This document shows positions 9,983-17,191 of a DNA stretch of 64,000 nt, one piece after another. The notes below the pieces were generated by a model. That model saw only the letters and a program-made list of their open reading frames with translations, had not been told where the DNA came from and did no database searches. The position numbers were made by a program, and so were the translations under genes. Numbering within the stretch: position 1 is the stretch's first letter; each line of letters starts with the position of its first letter. This DNA is from an uncultured Pseudomonadales bacterium (GTDB taxonomy: Bacteria > Patescibacteriota > Microgenomatia > UBA1400 > PJMF01): NCBI GenBank assembly GCA_964620965.1, contig CAZUHV010000002.1, positions 117,452 to 181,451 of the forward strand, read 5' to 3'.

Positions 9983-11833
9983 ATGTTTAATAAAAACCAC
10001 TGGTTAGCTGGTCTTGTTTTTGGTAGTGTACTCATGCTCTTTTCAGTGGTATTTTTTAATCCAATTTTTGCTGCAACAGGAATTAATGAAAACATACATT
10101 TTCAAGGCAAAGTAGTAAATACAGACGGCACAAATGTAGCAAATGGAGACTACGATTTTGTCTTCAAACTCTATACTGTAGATTCTGCGGGAACTGCCAT
10201 TTGGACAGAAAATAGAACTTCTGCAAACCAAGTCACAGTCACCGATGGGGTCTTTAGCGTAGACTTGGGATCTGTGACTGCACTACCTGGTTCCGTTGAT
10301 TTTAATACCGATAATATTTACTTGGGTGTTGAATTTAACGGGGATGGAGAGATGAGTCCAAGAATCCAATTTACTGCTGTTCCATATGCTCATAATGCCG
10401 CAAAAGTTGGGGGACTTACTGTTACAGATACAACAAGCACTCTTACAATTCCAAGTGGTATAACTGTTGCTTTTTCTGGCTCAAATGATACAACTTTTAC
10501 AACATCAGGATCTACTAACGTAACACTCCCAACAACCGGTACACTTGCAACTCTTGCAGGGAGTGAAACTTTGACAAACAAAATTATTGGAAACACAGGT
10601 CTTACTTTTTCTGGAGCAACTACAGACATTACAACAGGAACCAACGAACACCTTTCAATTATGCCAAATGGAACTGGAAATGTTGGTATTGGAACTACCA
10701 ATCCATCAGAAAAACTGTATGTTTACAACTCTGTTAATAATCAAACTGGTTTTGTAGTTAGCAATGATAACTCCGGCAGTGCAGCTCAAGCCTTCTTTGC
10801 TATTGGTAGCAATCCTACAGCGAATCCATGGAATGGAGTATTTTTTCAGCACTATGGAGCAAACTTTACACCAAATGGCTTAAGAATGCCTAGTTCAACA
10901 ACAATAATTGGTGGTGGAAGCAATGGCTTAAGTATTGGAACAGATAATAGTTCTTCACTAAACTTTTTTACTAGTGGTGTTGCAAGTGGGGCAGATATGA
11001 CGTTAAATAGTAGCGGAAACTTAGGTATTGGAACAACAAACCCTACAGAACTACTACACGTTAATGGAAATATTAGAGCTAATGGATCAGTGGCTGGAGT
11101 AACAACTCTAGCAAGCTCTGGAGACTGGACTTGGACTGCGACAACACCAAACATTACAATTAACTCTGCTGAAGTTTTTACTATCACTGATGGCACTGAT
11201 ACTTTTACAGTTAATACCTCCGGCTCATTATTCTCATTCTTAGACGGATCTTCAAATGGGTTTACATTTGACGCTGATACAGGCCCTCTATTCGCTGGTA
11301 CAGCAAGACCTGCAAGAAAAGAAAAACTCGTACCAGAATATCCAGGTGCAGTACTTACCGGAGACGGAAGTAATAATACTGGAACTATGACTTCAGACTT
11401 CTGTGAACAAGGTGCACATGCCGATATCCCTGATATAAACACCACAACTTGTAATACGTCTGGAGATATCCACAACTACTACAGCTGGACTACCAATCAA
11501 GGATCTGCTCAAGATTATGACATTTGGGTGCGCTGGAGAATTCCAGATAACTTCGCCGTATGGGATTCAAACCCAATCCAAGTATATGCAAAACGTACAG
11601 ATACAACTAATAATGCAGTTACTGCGTTCGTATACGACACGGCTGGTGCCTTAAACAATGCCGGAGGCACCCAAATCGCTGGAACAACTTGGACGCAAAC
11701 AGCTATCTCTCTTTCTGGAGGCACTTGGACTGCTGGCTCTTATGTAACTATCAGAATAACCGTAGCCGCTGATACTGGAGGGGATAGTGTGCAAGTTGGA
11801 GAAATAAACCTTAACTACCTTACGAATAATTAG
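9983..11833 (+). CDS. secreted fibre/adhesin-like protein
   Basis: Signal IFA-AT; N-domain FQGKVVNTDG...GVFSVDLGS...EMSPRIQFTAVPYA; two GN(V/L)GIGTTNP repeats; C-domain LVPEYPGAVL...HNYYSW...QDYDIWVRW. Confidence 0.8.
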   Translation: MFNKNHWLAGLVFGSVLMLFSVVFFNPIFAATGINENIHFQGKVVNTDGTNVANGDYDFVFKLYTVDSAGTAIWTENRTSANQVTVTDGVFSVDLGSVTALPGSVDFNTDNIYLGVEFNGDGEMSPRIQFTAVPYAHNAAKVGGLTVTDTTSTLTIPSGITVAFSGSNDTTFTTSGSTNVTLPTTGTLATLAGSETLTNKIIGNTGLTFSGATTDITTGTNEHLSIMPNGTGNVGIGTTNPSEKLYVYNSVNNQTGFVVSNDNSGSAAQAFFAIGSNPTANPWNGVFFQHYGANFTPNGLRMPSSTTIIGGGSNGLSIGTDNSSSLNFFTSGVASGADMTLNSSGNLGIGTTNPTELLHVNGNIRANGSVAGVTTLASSGDWTWTATTPNITINSAEVFTITDGTDTFTVNTSGSLFSFLDGSSNGFTFDADTGPLFAGTARPARKEKLVPEYPGAVLTGDGSNNTGTMTSDFCEQGAHADIPDINTTTCNTSGDIHNYYSWTTNQGSAQDYDIWVRWRIPDNFAVWDSNPIQVYAKRTDTTNNAVTAFVYDTAGALNNAGGTQIAGTTWTQTAISLSGGTWTAGSYVTIRITVAADTGGDSVQVGEINLNYLTNN

Positions 11834-11835
11834 AT

Positions 11836-14800
11836 ATGCATATGCTCTTCCAACAACTCGCAAAAATTAAACTTAAGAAAAAAATACTTGTTAAGTCAAC
11901 AAGATTTGTTTTAGCACTCTGGTTTATTATTTCTAACTTTTTGTTTGGCTTTCCAATTGACTACATTTTAAAAACACCAGTTGTGATTCAACAAGCGAAA
12001 GCAAATTCAAACACCTATGACTTTACTGACTGTGGCAGCACCTGTGATACTGACACCGGGTGGTGGGCATCTGACGATGATGTCGATCAGTTTCCGTTTG
12101 GTGGAGTTACAGCAAATCGAAACACACATGCAGAAGCAGACGATACAAACTATTCTAATATGGCAAACTCAGATGATACTTATGCAGTAGCAACTAATCC
12201 AAGCACTGGAGATGAAGTATTCAGCTGGTTTGAAATGACCATTACTGAAACGCCAAGCACTATTAAACAACTTGACTTTACTTTTGAAGGGTATCCTAAC
12301 ACTACTGCCTCACCATTTCAAATTTATGTCAAAACCGCCGCTGGTGCCTATGAATCTGATGCTTCATGGACTGCGCTTTCTGGACCAACAACAATTGCAG
12401 CTGGTACTGACACAACGATAACTCGTACACTCAAAGATAATATTACTGATTACATCGATGGAAATGGCAAAATAGTTTGGGGTGTCTACCAATCTGTATC
12501 AGCGCTTACCGTTAATATCGACTACGCAAAAATTGACGTTACATACCATCCAGTTGATTTAGAAGGATACAGATGGAGAAATGATGACGGCAACGAAACT
12601 GGCGCTACTTGGCTGGCAGATCAAGACAGCAATATTACTCAGCCAACAGCAACCAATACTAGACTGCGCACACTCATTAACTCAACGGGTACCGCTGATC
12701 CAGATACAAGCCAATATAAACTTGAATATAAACGTTCTACTGACAGTACTTATGTCCCAGTCGAGGTCACAACTCCCACAGATGTCACACCGACAATAGA
12801 ATCATGGTCTTCTGGTGCTTCAACTACAACTAATGCGTCTACTCATGCCATCACAATGCCTTCTGGAATTACTGCTGGTGATTTGCTTATCATAGTTTTT
12901 TCAACAGATGGTGTCGCAGATATTACCATCACAGCTGGTGATTGGATTGAACTAAGTCAAGCTCAAGGAAGTGGCGTTTCTAGTGGTATTTTTTATAAAT
13001 TTGCAACGGGCTCTGACACTGCAACGGTTGCAACTGGTTCAGAACAGACTTCCCATATTGTCTATAGAATTAGTGGTGCTAGTATGCCATATATTGCCCA
13101 AACAACTGGAAATAGTACTAACTCAGATCCACCAAATTTAGATACTGGCACTTCTCGAAACTATTTGTGGCTTGCTACTGCAACACATGATTCTACTGTT
13201 GTTGCATCAGCTGCGCCAACAAACTACTCAAATCTACATACCCAAGCTGCTGCAGGAACTGGTGGAGCATCTACGAGTACTGCAGAACGAGCTGCAACTG
13301 CCTCAAGCGAAAACCCAGGTACTTTTACTAGCAATACAGAGCAATGGGTTTCTTTTACAATTGCAATTCCTTCTTCAAGTATGGGAATACATTGTGCAAC
13401 CGCTCCAACAACCCAAGGTACAACAAGTGTTGTTATAAACTATCCAACGGATATAGCTGTCGGTGATCTCATGGTTCTGGGCATTGCAAATAAACATACT
13501 CCAAATGGTCCAACAACTCCCACTGGCTGGACTGCTGCCTCAAACTACCAAGCCTCAGGGAGTGGAGGTATTGATGGTCTAGACAGTGGAAGTGTGTACT
13601 CGTCAGTTTATTACAGAATTGTTGATGGTACAGAAAAAGGTACTTTTACTGTGAGTGTTCCCTCTGGAAATGCATCTATTGGCAGAATTTTGACGTATCG
13701 AAAGGAAGTCGGCAAAGAATGGGATGTTGCCATGTCAAATGGATCAGACAATACTCCAGATACCTCTTGGTCAATCACTGCTGGTTCTGACCCTGGAATA
13801 ACTGCTGGAGACATGGTCTTAGCGGTCAGTGCAATGAATACTGATCCCTATGGATATAACACACAAACCTTAGCAGCAACTGGCGTAACTTTTGACAGTG
13901 CAGAAAAAGAAGTCGGTGAGACAAATAGTACTGCTGGTAATGACCTTGAAATTGTTTTTTCAAACCATTTTGCGATTTCTGGCACCAGTAGTGCTGCTCC
14001 AACATACACTATGACAGCTAGTGGTTCTACTGCCAGTGGTCCTGCTGGAGCAACTGTTTTTGTGAGAATCCGCCAAAGAACTGCTCCAATCACTTTGTCT
14101 GCAAGTACTCATATTACTGCAAGTGGTGATAATACTACTGCTTTATTAACTCCTCCAGCAGGAAAAACTACTGGTGACTTTCTTACTGGTCGTATGCAAG
14201 ATGATGAAAATCCCGCAGATACTATTAACCTCTCTTCTAGCCAATACACAGAACTAGAATGGAATATTATTGCAACAAGTACGGCTGTGAATGATGAAAT
14301 TTACCAATTTAGAGTAACTGTAGGAGGTGTGCCAATTACTACTTACTCTGTAACACCACAGTGGACAATCGGTACTGCTGGAACGGCAGACCTTAATCAA
14401 ATTCATTACCGCTGGAGAAATGATGATGGCACAGAAGGATCATCTGGCTGGTACGATTCAAACTGGGTGTATAGAAAAAAGCTCACAATTGATAATACAG
14501 ATGTGGCAGGTAGTTCTAACCTCACCAACTTTCCTGTCTTGATTAACTATACACACGCTGATTTAAAAGATACAACCAACTCTGGTCACGTAGCACAATC
14601 AGATGCTGGTGATATTCTGTTTACTAACTCTGCGGGTACTAAACTTGACCATGAAATTACCAAATATGTGCCATCAACAGGTCAAGTAATTGCTTGGGTA
14701 GAAGTTGATGTTTTAGACTATGACGATGACACAGAAATTTATATGTACTATGGTTACGGTGCGGCTAGTGACCAATGGAATATAAGCGGAACTTGGAGCA

Positions 14801-16584
14801 ATGGCTATGTTATGGTGCAACATTTTAACGAAACTTCAGGAACTCACTTTGACTCTACTTCCAATAATAATGATTCAACCTCTGTGACTGTCACAACACA
14901 AGGTACTGCCACAGCCCAAATTGATGGAGCTGATGATTTTAATGGTTCTAATAACTATGTTGCCGTTGGTGATTCCAATTCACTAGATGTTACAAATTTT
15001 ACTATTTCTGGATGGTTTTCTATTGATACATTTCCTGGAACAGATCAATACAATAATATTCTTGATAAACAAGCCTATTTCCTTGAAGTAACAGATAACG
15101 ACGAATTTGACTGTGGAGTATACGATGGAAGTTTTTCTGAACATAACTCTGGTACCGCAAATCTCTCAACCGGAACTTACTACTATCTTGCCTGTGCATA
15201 TGATGATACGGGGGATACTGTTAGATTATATAAAAATAGTACTGAAGTATTAAATGAAGCTGCAACCAAAACACCAGCAACAAATAATATCGATATTGGT
15301 ATATACGCTCTTAGCGGAAATTTAGGCCAACAGCTCGACGGTCAAGCTGATGAGCTGGTTCTATCTAATGTCGCCCGTTCTGCGGATTGGCTCAACACCG
15401 AATACAACAACCAAAGTAATCCTGGAGTTGGAGGCTTTCTCACCAGTATAGGCACTGAAGAAACCGAAGGAACGGGCGCAACCTGGTTAGCGAATGAAGA
15501 CACGGCAGTTACAGATATTGCTAAAGAAACAAACGTAAGAATAAGATTTATGGTTTCTAATGAAGGTGGTGCTACATCAGATGCTACAGCATACCAATTA
15601 GAAGTTGCAGAAACTGGTACTTGTAGTGGTGGAACATATGCTGCTGTCCCAACTGACACGAGTGGAGACTGGCAAGTTTCGGCCTCAGCACATTTTACAG
15701 ACGGAGATCCCACAACAAATATTGCAAGTGGTCTAGCAGATGAAAACACAACTTTTGTTGCTGGACAAATTAAAGACACTGGCAACACTACAGGAAATAT
15801 CACATTAGCAGATACAGAATTTACAGAAATAGAGTTTTCCATTCAAGCTACAACCAATGCTACTGACGGTGGCTCGTACTGCTTTAGATTAAATGGTGCA
15901 GATACGTTCACTGAATACGCACAAGCCACACTCGAGGGAGGGGCAAGCCCCGTTTTTTCACTGAGTGCCTATCGATTTTATGATCAAACAGCTTCAGAAA
16001 ATGTCACAAACCCTTGGGGAAATCCTACTATTGCTGAAAATACACTACTTGCTCTTCTGCCAGCAACTAACACTCCTCCAGGAAATAGAGAAGATATAAG
16101 ACTAAGAGTTGGCATATCAGTTAGTACTGGGGCACTCTCCGCAACGAGTCAACAATTTAAATTACAATACAAGTCAGGCACTGATGCAAACTGTACTACA
16201 GGGTCATGGACTGACGTTGGAACGTCTATTAGTAGTGAAACATGGAGATACTCTACAACAGGTATCACTGACGGTACAACGCTGACAGCTCTTAAATTAT
16301 CTGGAAGTGATGTATTAGGCGTGTATGTAAAATCAAATCCAAGCGCAACAAACCCAAATGCTGTAGCTGTTGGAGAAACAGTTGAATATGATTTCAACTT
16401 TAAAGGCTTTAGTGCTGCATCAGCAACCACATATAGCTTTAGAGTTGTCGAAAGTGATGGAACTCCTTTAACAACATACACCTACTGTCCGACTCTTACA
16501 ACAAAAGCCGCTACAGAACAAGAATTACGGCACGGAAACGTGTTTTCTAATGAGACAGAACAAGGATTTACCCGTGCAAATTAG
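11836..16584 (+). CDS. giant secreted adhesin-like protein (repeated scaffold domains, DUF2341-like and LamG/ConA-like domains)
   Basis: N-terminal hydrophobic signal; YRWRNDDG twice and YRFYD once; WYDSNWVYRKKLTI...NFPVLI...GDILFT...IYMYYG (DUF2341-like); FTISGWF...YYLACAYD...GQADELVLSNVARSADW (LamG-like); C-terminal LRHGNVFSNETEQGF. Confidence 0.85.
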   Translation: MHMLFQQLAKIKLKKKILVKSTRFVLALWFIISNFLFGFPIDYILKTPVVIQQAKANSNTYDFTDCGSTCDTDTGWWASDDDVDQFPFGGVTANRNTHAEADDTNYSNMANSDDTYAVATNPSTGDEVFSWFEMTITETPSTIKQLDFTFEGYPNTTASPFQIYVKTAAGAYESDASWTALSGPTTIAAGTDTTITRTLKDNITDYIDGNGKIVWGVYQSVSALTVNIDYAKIDVTYHPVDLEGYRWRNDDGNETGATWLADQDSNITQPTATNTRLRTLINSTGTADPDTSQYKLEYKRSTDSTYVPVEVTTPTDVTPTIESWSSGASTTTNASTHAITMPSGITAGDLLIIVFSTDGVADITITAGDWIELSQAQGSGVSSGIFYKFATGSDTATVATGSEQTSHIVYRISGASMPYIAQTTGNSTNSDPPNLDTGTSRNYLWLATATHDSTVVASAAPTNYSNLHTQAAAGTGGASTSTAERAATASSENPGTFTSNTEQWVSFTIAIPSSSMGIHCATAPTTQGTTSVVINYPTDIAVGDLMVLGIANKHTPNGPTTPTGWTAASNYQASGSGGIDGLDSGSVYSSVYYRIVDGTEKGTFTVSVPSGNASIGRILTYRKEVGKEWDVAMSNGSDNTPDTSWSITAGSDPGITAGDMVLAVSAMNTDPYGYNTQTLAATGVTFDSAEKEVGETNSTAGNDLEIVFSNHFAISGTSSAAPTYTMTASGSTASGPAGATVFVRIRQRTAPITLSASTHITASGDNTTALLTPPAGKTTGDFLTGRMQDDENPADTINLSSSQYTELEWNIIATSTAVNDEIYQFRVTVGGVPITTYSVTPQWTIGTAGTADLNQIHYRWRNDDGTEGSSGWYDSNWVYRKKLTIDNTDVAGSSNLTNFPVLINYTHADLKDTTNSGHVAQSDAGDILFTNSAGTKLDHEITKYVPSTGQVIAWVEVDVLDYDDDTEIYMYYGYGAASDQWNISGTWSNGYVMVQHFNETSGTHFDSTSNNNDSTSVTVTTQGTATAQIDGADDFNGSNNYVAVGDSNSLDVTNFTISGWFSIDTFPGTDQYNNILDKQAYFLEVTDNDEFDCGVYDGSFSEHNSGTANLSTGTYYYLACAYDDTGDTVRLYKNSTEVLNEAATKTPATNNIDIGIYALSGNLGQQLDGQADELVLSNVARSADWLNTEYNNQSNPGVGGFLTSIGTEETEGTGATWLANEDTAVTDIAKETNVRIRFMVSNEGGATSDATAYQLEVAETGTCSGGTYAAVPTDTSGDWQVSASAHFTDGDPTTNIASGLADENTTFVAGQIKDTGNTTGNITLADTEFTEIEFSIQATTNATDGGSYCFRLNGADTFTEYAQATLEGGASPVFSLSAYRFYDQTASENVTNPWGNPTIAENTLLALLPATNTPPGNREDIRLRVGISVSTGALSATSQQFKLQYKSGTDANCTTGSWTDVGTSISSETWRYSTTGITDGTTLTALKLSGSDVLGVYVKSNPSATNPNAVAVGETVEYDFNFKGFSAASATTYSFRVVESDGTPLTTYTYCPTLTTKAATEQELRHGNVFSNETEQGFTRAN

Positions 16585-17191
16585 AATAATTACTTTTGCA
16601 ATATTTTTTCTTTTTTTAGTGTTTATAACATACAACTTGTTTTTTGTTCCAGATGATCATTCAAAATCAGAAGGGTCAACTCTCGCTCTTTCAAGTGATG
16701 GTTCAAAAACAGATATATTTATTCAAGATAGTGAGACTCTCATACCTATCTCTACAGCAAGTGCAAATCATAATGAAGCATTCTCCAGAGGAGACTTTAT
16801 AGTCTGGATAGAAGAATCTCAATATAAAAGTGAAAAAGTTGTCGTTCGGTATCATGTTCCTACACAAACTACTATCTACATAACTTCACTTGGAAGTTCA
16901 CAGAAACCTAAAGTTAGTACAGAAGGTTATGTTGTATGGCAAGAATGGATAGATGAAACCTGGCAGATTTTTTACTTTGATGGTTTGACCAGCAAACAAA
17001 TAACTCACAGTAGTTCGAGCTCTCTTAATCCAGATATTTCTGGAAATACAGTTGTGTATGCTAGAAAAAATGAATCTAACACATGGGAAACTATTGAATT
17101 TTCCCTTAAAAATAACACTGAAAAAGTGGTTAAATCTGGAATTGAAGCTAAAAATCCCTATTTTTATGGCACAAAATTATTTTTTCGCTGA
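16550..17191 (+). CDS. membrane-anchored TolB-like partial beta-propeller protein
   Basis: N-terminal TM; repeats GDFIVWIE, PKVSTEGYVVWQE, WQIFYFDG, PDISGNTVVYA. Confidence 0.7.
   Translation: MRQNKDLPVQIRIITFAIFFLFLVFITYNLFFVPDDHSKSEGSTLALSSDGSKTDIFIQDSETLIPISTASANHNEAFSRGDFIVWIEESQYKSEKVVVRYHVPTQTTIYITSLGSSQKPKVSTEGYVVWQEWIDETWQIFYFDGLTSKQITHSSSSSLNPDISGNTVVYARKNESNTWETIEFSLKNNTEKVVKSGIEAKNPYFYGTKLFFR

Noticed and set aside
5255-16481. Many 60-200 aa antisense ORFs within the Thr/Ser/Gly-rich surface genes
   Set aside because: They are shadows of biased codon usage (Val/Pro/Ala-rich mirror translations) with no motifs or start signals.
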